Positions 1 to 13,070 of a stretch of 64,000 bases of DNA are shown here, one piece after another (the first letter of the stretch is position 1; each line of letters opens with the position of its first letter). The DNA is from Vicugna vicugna (Eukaryota): positions 1-64,000 of the forward strand of contig MU057377.1 in assembly GCA_013265495.1 (NCBI GenBank). The letters run 5' to 3'. The position numbers were made by a program, and so were the translations under genes. A model generated the notes under the pieces. That model was given only the letters and a program-made list of their open reading frames with translations. It made no database searches and was not told the origin of the DNA.

Positions 1-265
1 ATACTGCATGATACCACTCATATATGGAATCTTAAAAGTACAACAAACTAGTGAAGCAGAAAGAGCCAGATGCACAGATACAGAGGACAAACTAGTGGTC
101 ACCAATGGGAGAGGGAAGAGGGGGACATTCCAGGTGTAAGGGGATAGGAAGTACTGTTGGGTGTAAGACAGGCTGAAGGATGCAGTGTACAATACAGGAA
201 ATACAGCCACTATTTTGTAATAACTGTAAATGGAAATTGCATAAAAAATTTAAAAAGAAAAGAAA
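1..265 (+). mobile_element. LINE-1 3' end fragment
   Basis: Contains atgataccactcatatatggaatct, typical of an L1 3' UTR, and ends in an A-rich tail. Confidence 0.75.
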
Positions 266-351
266 ACTAAACTTTCAGGTTAGTCCAAGTTTTCTGGCTT
301 GCATAATGGATCAGTAACGGTGCCATTCCCTAACATAAAAAGACATTCAGG

Positions 352-585
352 AAAAGGGGTGTGGAGGGATAAATTGGGAGTTCGGGATTTGCAGATATAC
401 ATCACTATATGTAAAATAGATAATCAACAAGTTTCCCTACCGTATGGCACAGTGAATGCTATTTGATATCTTGTAATAACCCATAATGAAAAGGGATATA
501 CATGTGTATGACTGAACCATTATGCTGGACACCAGAAACTTACACACCGCTGTAAATCAACTCTACTTCAGTGAAAAAGTAATCA
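352..585 (+). mobile_element. LINE-1 3' UTR fragment
   Basis: gggataaattgggagttcgggatttgcagata...aactctacttca; similar copies recur near 6400, 52490 and 54660. Confidence 0.8.
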
Positions 586-2502
586 CAATAAACAATCAGA
601 TAACTTGACAAGCAAGAGGGAGGAGGAATGAACTGTTGTGTACTACCCCTGAAAACACAGAGAATATGGATCCACAGATGGAAAGGGAAATCTCCTTTAC
701 TGTGACAGGAGGGAAGGGAGGCTGAATCTTGATGTGGCTTGGTCGGTACGTTTTAGCAGGGGTTGACAGAGTTCCCATTCTAATGGATTCCATTTCTAGG
801 AAATAAGCCAGATCTTCTGTTTATACAGAGTGGAATGTCCAGTGGGTAGTGTCCTGGGGGAGGTGATGTTAGAGGTTTGACAAGAATGGAGCAGCTCTGT
901 AGAGTCGTTGCAGAGGAGGAGGGAGGAATTCGATCACAGGGATTCTTGGGCGGCCAGGAAATACTGAGGTTCGTGTCGTGAATTTATCACAACATCCATC
1001 TGTAAGATCCGATCATGCAAATTTCTCCAGCAGGGCTCCACTGCTGAACTGTGATCATGGGGAAAAAAATAACACAGTTAGGCTCAAACAAGCTTGACTT
1101 TTTGTCACTCGAATATGATGAAAAGACAGAGAGACCCTGGAGGATTAGCAGAAGCATGTGGATGAGTGAATGAAGGAATGAACGCGTGCATGATGGAAGG
1201 GTTCTACTGCATAAATGTTTTAAACTTAGTTCCTTGGAAACTGACGTATGAAAATAACCATAGCCACAGCACATCACATATGATTGTATGTCATTGTAAC
1301 CTCACACTCCATCTTCTAACCTTGCTGGCAGGCAGCCCTCCTCTAACTACCCCAGCGTTTGCTGGGATATTGGCTGTCACCTCCCCTCTTCATATATTCC
1401 ATCTGATGAGCCAAAATTGCCGTGAGCTGGACTTTAACATCGGGGGCTGACCCTGGGGAAAGGTTGCAGGGTCTCATTACTGGTGACCTGATTGGGAATG
1501 AAAGGGCCTTGTGGCATTGATAAAAGCCGCCATGTCCCTTCCAATGCTGCCCGCATCTTAGCAGGGGTTGAAACCAGCCTCGGCCCCACACAGGTTGTGG
1601 GCACCTTCGCTCTGAGTGAGAGAAAAACAGGAGTACAGCCCTAAAAAAGCTTTTTTTTTCTTTTTTAAAGCTGAAGAGAGAGGGATGGGAAACCCAACAG
1701 GCCAGGGATCACCTGAAAATTCATGAGGCAGTTACACAGAAGTACAAAAATTCAAGTTCTTGGTGTACTCAGTTCTTCCATCCCTTCCTTCTGTCTGGCT
1801 CGCTCCTGCACTGCAAAGACCCAAGCAGAAGACTTGTATTTGAGAGAGAATATTCCAACTGGCAAGGCATTTCTGAGTAAATGTGGGCATTGCAGGTGTT
1901 CAGTTTCAGAGCACAGCTTCTAGACTCCACAACAGCCTTCACACGCCGGGTCCTCCTCTGAATGACCTTCGGGTACCACCAGTGCAGCTTATGCAGTGAT
2001 CTGGGCACATCCTGACTCCTTCTGGGGTCCAGACAGCACAAACCAGAGTCATTCCAAGAAGAGCTTCCTTCTCCCTTCCTGTGGAATCCCCCCAGCCCCC
2101 GTGCCCATGATCACCGCTGCGTGAGGAATATAAAAGGGCGGTGGGTGGAACCTCTCTTCTGGACTCTTGGACCACCCTCATTGGAGCAATCCCCTCCTCC
2201 ACCCCTCCGCGCCACGTCTACTCCCAAAGCACTGAGATCTCGTGTAGATTTCCTAAAGAATGCCCTTAACTGAAGCAAAACTCATACAAGTTTCCACGAA
2301 AGGGAATCATGTCATAGCTGCAAATAAATCAAACAATAAGAACTCAAAAAGTCCTACAGGCAGGGCAGGGTGATCACTTTTCACATTCCTGATGGACATT
2401 CATGTGAACAAATGGTAACAGAAACGTAAAGAGTCAAGGGAGGAATGAGAGCGACCAACCTGCTCGAGGAGGAAGTTTTGCTACGTTGGTAACCTTTTAG
2501 AA

Positions 2503-3006
2503 CATCTGTTCTCAGACTTTTTGGTCTCAATCTTTCACTCAGTATTTATGAAGGACCCCAGAGATCTTTGTCTTTTGCAAGTTTATATCCACATTTAGTG
2601 TGCTAGAAATTAAAACTGAGTCTCACACTTGCTTCCGTTTTCAGTTACAGGATGTTGTTTTGGTTGCAGTAGATGAAGAAAATTTGGCCTCATTAGGATA
2701 TGTAACTGGAAAAGAGGAACATTTTAATAGCCTTTCAGAGCATTGTAAATAATCTTCTTTGATCCAACCCCAAAACTTAACAATGGTAGTTTCTTAGAGG
2801 TTAGCTGCAATGCATGATTAGTTGCAATATACGCTCTGAAGACATTACCACGAACCTCTCTCACTCTGTACACTTGCGAGAGAATGAGAGTGAAAATGGC
2901 AAATAACATCCTAGTATTATTACGCAAATAGTTTTGACCTTGTGGTCAAAGCAAGCACCTAGGGAACCCCCAGGGGTCACGGCACCCCACTTTGAGAACC
3001 ACTGCT
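2503..3006. mobile_element. hAT-Charlie-type DNA transposon fossil
   Basis: Ends in cactttgagaaccactg with a degenerate inverse (catctgttctcagac) at the left; the interior resembles recalled Charlie-family consensus. Confidence 0.6.
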
Positions 3007-6000
3007 TTAGCATTTCCCTAAAGAGTTTGTGCAGTTCTGACCTGGAGCAGATGGATTCAACTGTAACATAACACGTTAGGTATCATCACCTCCGTTTCTA
3101 AAAGGCAAGTTTTCACCAACTAGGAACTGTCATAGAATTGTGAGGCACTAAAGTTGAAAAAAACATTGAGCTCATCCCATCCAGATCACTGTTTTTAAGA
3201 GGAGAAAATGAGTGTTGAGGGGGGGTCAGAGCCGAGGTAAATGATAAACGTGATTCTACCCTCTAATTTGAGAGACTCAAAACCACTATCCAGTCCTGGG
3301 TGGACTGTGGAAAGAACACAGGGAACCGTGATTATGTGGAGAATTTTCATTGCCTTTGCTACTCTGTTCACACCCCCAATGAGAAAACAACACACTCTGG
3401 TGTTACTACAATCCTGTAAATCCTAGAGGAAAAATATTTCTTTAATTCATATCATTTTCAGCCATACCCATTGGTGTAGGTCTGAGCCTGAAAGAAGCCA
3501 GCTTAGAGTTAGTTCTGAATGGCAGGAAAACTAAAGGAAAAGTGGGAAAAAATTAAGGGGGACAATGTGTTATAATCATAATGGTCTCTGAAAGTCATGT
3601 CCTTGGACTTGCACAGTGCACAGCCTGGGCAGTCATCTGTGACATCCCTTCCAACAATCTGGACCAACAACCAATCTGGACCAAGCTTCCAACAGTGACA
3701 AAATGTTTATAAAATAGCACGATGCAAAGTTACAGCTTCCAGGTGATCACAGCAGTGTGAAAACATCGCGTCCCTGTGTGGTTTGTCCAGCAGAGACACA
3801 GTCCCAGTCTTACTACTCCGTTAAACAAGCCTCAGATAAAATCGCGTGTTTGAGGGACTAACCACGTCGCACTGTGGGCTCCTAGTGAGTCTACCTGGGA
3901 CTAAAGCTGATCAGGCTGTTTTTGCATCTGCTCCTGCTTAGCTGTGCCCCGTCCTCCCACCCCCTTCTCCCCTCACCCACCCTCTCCATCACCCCAGAGT
4001 CCAAGAGTTTTCAAACCACGTTTTACGAAACCTCCTCCGGGGCCGTGAAGAGAGGTGATGAGGAGCTGGGGGCTCCCCAGTTCCTCCACTCCCCCCTCAA
4101 CCAAACTAGATTGCATCTTACATAAGAGAGTCTTGGTGAGCTACTGCGAGATGAAAGTGATCCATGACAAAGTATGTGTGAGGACCTCTCCCAGAGCTTG
4201 GACTTGTGTGGGTGGATTTAGGGTCTACATGTTGCTTTACATTTTCTGCCCCCGAAATTTTCTCTCTTAGGTTCAGATCAGCATCCTAACTTCGATATCT
4301 TTTCAGTTCAGATTTTGCCGTTCGCTGTATTTTCTGTCCCTCCCAGCTCTGCACCATCTGCAAGTGTGACTGTCTTGACAGCTCCGTCCTAATTCAGTAA
4401 TAAAAATGTTGGAAAGAACAGAGTCCTTCAACAAGCCCCCAGGCACCTCCCTCGGAGGGGGTAGTAATTCATTAATTGGCACTCTCTGGGATTGATTTTT
4501 CAAATCAGTTCTCAGCCCACACAGCTACGTACAGGGGCTCTCCCGCCCTGAGCCCAAATTGAGATTCAAATATGCCAAATCAGGTCTGGCAAAATGGGCT
4601 CCAAAGAAGAGGAGATTTGCAGGAGTTGGTTGTCTCGGGACTTTTGTTGGAGGCTAAGAAGGAAGGAAGGCTTCGCTCATCACAAGTGTTAATGAAGACT
4701 ATTTTCATGGAGATAGAATTAGAATAATTTAAAGAAATGATAGTTTTGAGGTTCAAATACATTGCCATTTATTGATGTTTATCATGTGCCAGGTACCATA
4801 TGATAAACTTTAGCAAAATTATTGTAATTTTGTAAAAAAAAAAATTGGAAAAGAACTTGAAAAAAATATAGAGAGATATTATATGATGGTCTGGAGATTG
4901 TGGGTGATTGTATTTCTTCTGAAAAATTATTCTTTATTTGTATTATAGATGCCATAAGGAAGGAAGAAAAAAGAATTTGTAAGATATAGGAAGATAAGAA
5001 GTAATGGGGAAAATTTTATAATTAGAGAAGATGCTGTGTGCAAAAATAGGACAGGATACAGCTCATGCTACAGACAGGGAAGGGTTAGTTTTGGGGAAAA
5101 ATAAACCAAACAAGTAAGACCGTCTTGGTCATATTACCGAGGCCCTTGGCTGTCTTGGGGGGAGGTTATATTTGATCATATGCACACAGGGAGCTCATTA
5201 AAGTTCCCGGGAAGGAAGGTGGTAGCTGAAAGATATGCTTAGGAAGACTACTCTTATAGTGGGCAGGAAAGTTTTCAAGTGGAGACAGATCAGAGGTAAA
5301 GGACCCACAAAGCTGTGATTGCAGCTTGAGGAACATGAGCAAATCAGATCGTGGACCAGAGCTTCGTGGAAGAGGCAGCATGTGGACTTGGGTTCATGTG
5401 CCTGAAGTCCACGATTCTACCTCTTCGCACACCTGCCCCATGTGGCTGGAACCAGAAAGGACCTCAGAGACCATCACCTCCTCTGTGTCTCAACTCCCTG
5501 ACTAAAGTGCTCCTAGGGACCTGAGCTACAGCCACGTGCAGATCAGAATTTTCTTTGAAACAGAAGATTTTACGATTCCAGCAACACTGATTTTCTTCTA
5601 TTGCAGATCCCATTTGTTTTGATATGAAATTAACATTTTTTGCCACATAAAGTAAATGATAGGTGTGTTCTACTCTGATTATACACAGACTGCAAAGCCC
5701 CCTCCAGCTGTCTGAATAAGCGACAACTGGGGTCTTTCTGAATCCCCACAGAGAAGAGTCATTATCTTCTAGATCATAGGAGTCTACGTTAGTGAGCAAG
5801 CTATTTCTAAAATGAGTTTAAATATAATATTTTAACAATTGCTGACCATTGGTTCTACTCATCTGGGGGATCAGGGTGCAGGGATGGAGAAAGCAAAACA
5901 ATGTCTGCAAGAATTCATGACTTCCACAGAGTATCTTCCTACGAGTCAGCTCTGGTTCTCCTCCACACAAGTTCTGGTGAGTAGAGCGGTGGCATGACAA

Positions 6001-6177
6001 AAAAAAAAAAGGTCTATGGAGAGGGTTGATCAAAGACATAGAATACAGAAAGGATCAGTAGGATTTGGTAACAGAATGCTACAAAATGTTGGGTTTTGTA
6101 AGGGAAAAGGTAATGGAGAAATTGATGATGGTGACTTCCAGTCTGGGTGATGGGAGTAGAAATTAAAAAGCCCAGGA

Positions 6178-6637
6178 ACTTCTTTGCCATTAAAAGGAAT
6201 AAAATAATGTCATATACAGCAACATGGATGGACCTGGAGATTGTCATTCTAAGTGAAGGAAGTTAGACAGAGAAAGAAAAATACTATATGATACCACTCA
6301 TGTGGAATCTAAAAAAAAAAAAAGACACTAATGAACTCACCTACAAAACAGAAACAGACTCACAGACATAGCAAACAAACTTATGGTTGGGAGAAGGGGA
6401 TAGGAGGGGATAAATGGGGAGTTCTAGATTTGCAACCATTAACTACGATATATAAAATAGATTTTAAAATTTCATCTGTATAGCACAGGGAACTATATTC
6501 AATAACTTGTAGTAACCTATAATGAAAAAGAATATGAAAAGGAGTATGTGTACATATATATGTATGACTGAAACACTATGCTGAACACCAGAAATTGGAC
6601 ACATTGTAACTGACTGTACTTCAATTAAAAAAAAAAA
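6178..6637 (+). mobile_element. 5'-truncated LINE-1 (ORF2 end, 3' UTR, polyA)
   Basis: gcaacatggatggacctggaga...cattctaagtgaag; A-tail; aaaagcccag on both sides as the likely target-site duplication. Confidence 0.88.
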
Positions 6638-9600
6638 GCCCAGAAGTCAAGTTTGCTAAAGAGGAAAAAAAATTAGTTCAACGTCATTTCTGCTGCACTT
6701 CAACTAAGAGAACAGTCTGGGGAAAATAGCCCAAGAGATATACTTGGAGTCATCAGTAAAAAGATGAAACTTTAAATAAGAAGGCTGTTTCCAGGGAGGC
6801 CCACCGAGCCGGGCAGAGAGGCCCAGGAGCTGCACAGGAGTCAGCGAGCCCAGGCAGCCTCAGCAGGTGCACCGCCCGTGGGAAACGCCGGCCGGGCATC
6901 GTTATAAAAAGACGTGAGTAATAAGGGCATAAAATCTGGCACAGAAGCAAAGGTGAATAAAGACAGGGGAAATGCCATGTTTTTGGTAAGGAAAAAAAAA
7001 ATCCCTGCTATCTTGAAGAAAAATGGTTTCAGGAGTGTGATGGGAATGGAAGTGAGATGAAACAGAATTTTAGAGGCATCAGGGTGAGCGGCCGAATAGA
7101 TGCTGTGAACGGTATAGAAAATTCCACGAAGTAAAAACCGTCCGTATTCTGTTACCATCGTCATCTATCTAAATGGCACGTATGTTGCACTAACAGAGCA
7201 GCAGCAATAAATAAGAAATCCTAGTAGTGGCCAAACTGCGGCAGTGACAATGTTTCGGCGTTGGTTGGGGAAAAAAAAATAAAGTAAACCTGCAGAGATT
7301 AAACCCAAACTCTCGATGTCCACATTTTTCTGAGGGATGCCCACCCTTGTCTCTGAACTAAAAACAATGCACATCTGTCCAGGTGCTTTCTGCTTCCACT
7401 GCAAAAGAAGGTTGTGCGTAGGATTTGAACCAATTTACCAAGATTCTTTCCAACACACAGAGTGATTCCATGCATTTATTCATGTCTGAGTCGAAACTAG
7501 AACAAAAACAAAGCCTACGGTGATCATTTTTATCGGTGATACATTCTAAAGCAAGGTACTCTAGAAAAATAGAAAATGCCAGGGTTGATACCAAAATTTC
7601 ATAATCCAGCACTTAGCAGGTATTCGGGCCACGGGAGTTGCAGGGGTGGTGAAATGGCTCTTGGTAAGCCTCAGAGTCCAGCTCTCTCACACGATACGCA
7701 TACTGAGCAGACTGTCATGGATATTTACACATCCCCAGCTATGAATGTATATAAACTTCATGATCCCTATTGAACACATTGAGGTCTAGCCCCTTTAACA
7801 GACTCATCCTGCTCAAACCAAAATATCTTCTTTAAATTGTAAAAGAACATTTTGTTTCTAATGTGCCTCTTTTAACAGACAAAGTAAGTTAAACTATTCA
7901 TTCCAACAAAACTTGCCTTTTTGGCTGTGGTGGTGGTTGTTTGTGTTGAAAGGTAAGCATTAGTCAAACTTTGTTGAACAGAAAAGTCCGAACCAGCAAC
8001 ATAATTCCAGTAAAAAGCAAAGTTATGGCCAAGCTCAGCGAAGACTGTCACCTGCATGGACCCCAGAAGGGTCACTGGCATCAGCAGGGAAACTTTCAGG
8101 AGTGCAGCTTCATGTGAGGCTAACAAAAAGTAGCCTATTACAATATCTCCAACTTAAGGGAAATGGCCAATTTTGCCTTTTTGTTTTGCTTTTAATTAAA
8201 AATTGCTTTAAAAGAGCTGAGCCTTGTTTTTTAAAAATATATGTCTTTTCATGGATGTTAGGAAGAAAAAATACCACATACACACACACACACACTCATA
8301 CTGCTCAAGAGAAAAACTGGGTAAAGAATCTATTAGAACCCTTGGAAATATAAAGATCTCTTTGTCATTAAAATATTTAGGAGGAGAGCTCAGATCTGCA
8401 CTGAAATAATAAAATCACCATGTGATTGTATTCATAAAATAAGCTGTCTCACTTTATATGACAGAAAAATACCGCCACTTAAATATTTACATCATAACAT
8501 TTTGGAGGTCTTTATGGCTCTTTAAAATTTCTACAGAGTATCCAGGTACAGCCTGGTAAAATGCTACAAATATTATATTTAAAATAATTTTCCACTATAT
8601 TTTTCTTCTGGAAAACCACTCTACTTGTTTGTAGAATTCGAACTGCTTCAATTGCTTGAGGTGGTGAAATACCTTTGTGCTTTGCAAAACTCACGTTTCA
8701 TAAAGGGCATTTATCTCTCTATGGAATTAAAGTTTACCGAATAATAAATATGACTTTAAGTGATGCAAATTGTCAAGACCCCTGAATGTCAAAGTTAAAG
8801 CAGGGAGCCCTCCATGATTTCCTCTGCTTTCAAAAAGGAAAAGGCGCAGAAAGAGAATGATTAAAGAAAGGCAACCTCACCTTTGGATTTCTTCATCTTT
8901 ATGTATTTATCATAAATAACAATTTAAATATCCTTTGAGGTCAATATTTTCTTCTTCAATAGGAAAGTACAGGAAAAAATTAATCTATTCATGCATAATA
9001 GGAGACAGCAGAGACTGGTGTGTCTTATTTGTAGCAAATTTTATTTTCAAATAGCCATAAAAGGTATGCAGTTACTCTTCAGATTAATGTATACAGGATC
9101 ATGCAAGGTGTAAACATGGCGTGCCAAAGGAAAGTTGTTCCCGACAATTTCAGTAGGTGAGGAAAAAGCACACAGAGATGCACCAGGGACTTCCTATGTG
9201 TGGCTGAGACCTGGATCTTCATTCTCGCCTGCTTTTTGTCATTTCAGCACAAGATAAATGCAGTGCAAGGAAGCAAAAATTAATAATCCAAGGGACGAAA
9301 ACCTTGTTTTCACATTACAATGTGATGTATGGTGAAGGAGGGTTTACTGTATCAATATTCACAAAGGAATGTTGAAAGCAGGGAGTGATATTAGATAAAA
9401 ATATCTAGTTTGCAACACTGTTAAAAAGAGTTAGTTGTAGTGATTCTATTGCTACTTACATCATATTTATAGGCTTTCCTGTGAGTGCCATGCACAGTTC
9501 TGATTTTTTTTTTTTTTTTTTTGCTATGGGGACTGATCAAATGAAATGGAAATCTTTCCAGAGGGCATTCAAAATATCAAAATAACATATTAACTTAGAG

Positions 9601-12548
9601 TTATAATTTATTTTGAACATATGGTAGGCGGTAATATTATTCTAAAAAATGGTTTGTGGGCAGAATAGGTATTATAAAAATATTTTAAAATCCACAGCAC
9701 ACTGGAAAGAAAATCACTTCCTATGTTTGACATTGACTGCAACACAAAGGTGTGTGGTTTTACATCAGAGGGTTTTTATTTAGTTGAATATCCAAGTCGG
9801 TTCCTAATTACTAAATGTATAAAATAGATCCAAAAGGCCAATCCAGAGTTTACCTATCGATATGCACGGTTTCAAAGAAAACACAATGCCACTTCTGCAA
9901 CTTGGACTAAGTCCCAGTGTCCTCATCTAACTGCGGTGTCGAGCGATCATTAAATGTAAACGGTTCTAAATCCCCTCGAGAGGATGCAAACTCTCCACAG
10001 GTAAAGCTGGCTTGGTTGGCAACACAGTTGAAAATTAAATAGCAAAACTCCACACAGAATCAGTTGTTTACATTGATCTTTATAACATTATCCCTAGAGT
10101 TCTCCTTAAGACCCTAGAATGACATGACTCCAAGTTTCCATTCCAGAATTTCCCACTTCGAATGCTTCTCCCCACGATACCCTTGTAAGCACACTGCAGC
10201 CGAAAATGAGATGTTATTTATATATGTGGCTTAGAAAACGCTCCAAGTCCAAAAAAAAAAAAACAACAAAGGTTATTGTAAAATAACGTGCAGTATGTTC
10301 TACAGGGATTTGTTAAATAAAACTGTCTACTTGGTAGGTGATGAAAAAATCACCGAGGTTTTAAAAGTGTTTGCTTTGGGTCCTTTACTACGGAGTTTTG
10401 TCCTTATCTGAGGTATTAAAAAACCTACCCACTCTGTAAAGTTGCAGCTCACCAAAGCTGACAGACGCTCTCAGTGATGCTTTTTTTTATTTTTTTCCAC
10501 AAGATCGATTTGCAAGAAGCTGGGCTATTCCAGGCCTCTGGGAAGTAGAAGCTACGAAAATGTAGTGCCCTGCTCCCAGCTGAGAAGCCCACGTGGTTCT
10601 CCTCCAGGCCAAGGCTCAGTGCCAGCTTCGGGAACTCCAGCCATCATGCTGTCCATCACAGAAAAGCACCGCGGCCCTTCCAGTATCGGCATCCTGGGCT
10701 TTGTTGCTCTTCTCACTCACCTAATGAGCGCTCCTTTCTTTGACTCTTAAAAAATGTGCCTGTTTCAAATCTGTCTCATATTTTTCAGATGTCTAATTTC
10801 AGTCATGTTCTTTCCCTCTTTGGCCTCTTCCCACATTTCACATACCAGACAAATACTTAAAGGTCTGTAAAACCAGGCGAGGTTCCAAAATATTTCTAAA
10901 CGTAGCTGCCGTAGGTGACAGTGCAGGGAAGGAAGGCAGAGCTGTAGGACAAGGACTGGAATGAACGGGCTGGAAATGTATTGGAAAATCTATTTAAGTT
11001 GCTACAGTCATGGAGGAAGTTTCAATGAGGCATAAACATTCAAGTTACTGACAAAACCAACATGTTTCATGATCACTCAAAATAGTCTGCTTGTCATGAT
11101 GTGTTGCTTTTTTTTTATTAGTAAGTTGCTGTCTATTTTTCAAGTTCTTTTTCCTTTTTTAGAATTCAGGAAGTGAAAGCACTGAAGAAAACATTCAAAA
11201 TTCTGAGAATACATGTCAGTGAAATATTTAATGTCTATCATTCATAAAAGTTACATCATTTACATAGGGTTCATTTGTATATAATAAAAATTTCATCATA
11301 CTGAAAAATTTCTGGAAAGTTATGTTAATTTGTTTAACATATGCTTTGGATATACAGCTAAATATGAATAGTTTAAAAATTCCTTCTTCAAATATTCTCT
11401 TTAACAGTTAAAAAACCTCATTCCTAAATACTTGTTTTTCTTCCCACTCGCTCATTTGTTTGTAATGTCATATGTAATTTGAACTATGTAAAGATTGAGT
11501 CTTGTCATAGTTCAGAGTATATTTGTATACTTTCAATAAATTTGCTCATTGCATAGTGAACATGTAAACTCAGAGAGGATCTATAAATTTTACCCTAATC
11601 ATCTAAGAAAGTGAAATTTTACATGACAGTTCATTCTGAGGTTTATTTTTGTTGTAATTTGGGTTTTCTTTGCATTTTTTACATTTTTAGTCCATGTGTC
11701 AATTGAATACAACAAATAAAAAGCATGAGAAGTTAAAAACCAAGTAAATAATTTTATCCTAGACTACCAGAATTTAACCTCATTCTATCCTTTGAATTTT
11801 TTCCTAAGTGTAAGCTGGAAATGTGCTGCCTCTTAAGACAGTGTTCAAAATTAATTTCAACAGTGTGTGTTTAACATAAAGTTAACTATATTTGCATCAA
11901 ATAAAATGTTTATTAAGGAAAGCTATTTATCATACAAGAAACAGCAAAGAGAAGTCATCATACAGAGACGTACACTGGGAGGGACAGATGTCAAAGTGCA
12001 TGCAGAGGTTTCTGTTTAAAAAGGAAGTAATAAACAATAATACTCAAATTACTGGGGTTGATCCCTATGCTCTTAAATGAGTGACAGCTTTTCTTGGAAT
12101 TTACAGTTGGAAAATGCCATTAGCAGACAGGACTAGTACACATTAGCAAGCAGGTGAAATGGATGTTTTTGGACTTTATTTTACAGTTATTGTGCTTGAC
12201 AAATGTGTGGGATTTTTTGTCAATAATAATTTTCTTCAAATATGGGGTGAGCATATTACTGCCTGGTTGCTCTGGTTTATACATGGTTTCTCTAATTTTG
12301 TTTAAAACCACATAATTTTAAGCCTCCATTTGTGTTAGACACCATAAAGAACAGAAGTTTTGTTAACATTCAGTAAATGACATTTAAGTCTCTGTCTCTC
12401 TCTCTCTCTCTCTTTCACTCTCTGTCTCTCTGTCTTTTTTTTTTTTGGCTCAATAGATTTTTTAAATGTATGATTATCATAACCTAATATTGTCTTTGTC
12501 TTCACTGCAGTGGATTTCCGATCAAACTTTTCCCCTTCTTTTAATACT

Positions 12549-12605
12549 TTAGGGAATTTTCAAACGTCGGGATGTTTGGCTGTAATGCCCCAAGATTTGT
12601 TCTCC
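12549..12605 (-). CDS. LHX9: LHX9 alternative terminal exon (Lhx9-alpha; GEQILGHYSQTSRRLKIP*)
   Basis: Acceptor TTTTTTTCAG|GGA in phase 0, matching the exon 4 donor; 18 codons then TAA; the peptide matches the recalled Lhx9-alpha C-terminus. Confidence 0.9.
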   Translation of the reverse strand, partial: GEQILGHYSQTSRRLKIP

Positions 12606-13064
12606 CTGAAAAAAATCATAGTGACAATTTATTAACTACAGAGCAACTTGGCTTTTAGGGGTCTGCAATTTCTATTTAGATTTACAAATATCCATTTGTG
12701 CTCAATAGACCTAACATTAAACTTAATCATATTTAAGATTTCTTTTCATGCAATTACTTTATCTGCTAATTATCTTTTTTTTAATTCTAAAAATTGGACT
12801 GAGTCAAATCAGTGGGGCATTACTTTTATTGCAGGAAAATATATTTAAACGTAATTCACAGTTGAATTACATTGCATTGCAATGGTGTATAACTTAAAAT
12901 GAATCAGAAGTTCGGAAATCTAAACACTATTTGTATGCTTGCATATTTAAAACTTTTCTGCATTACCACTTTAGTACCTTTTGCAAATAGGTATTAGAAA
13001 TACACTGTACAATTAAGCTGTAAATAAAACTGATGGGAAATAAAACTCCTTAGATTCAAAATGG

Positions 13065-13070
13065 TTTATT
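13065..13070 (-). terminator. Candidate LHX9 polyadenylation signal upstream of the alpha exon
   Basis: AATAAA on the minus strand followed by U-rich sequence. Other candidates lie at 15170-15175, 11909-11914 and 9775-9780; usage cannot be determined from sequence. Confidence 0.4.
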
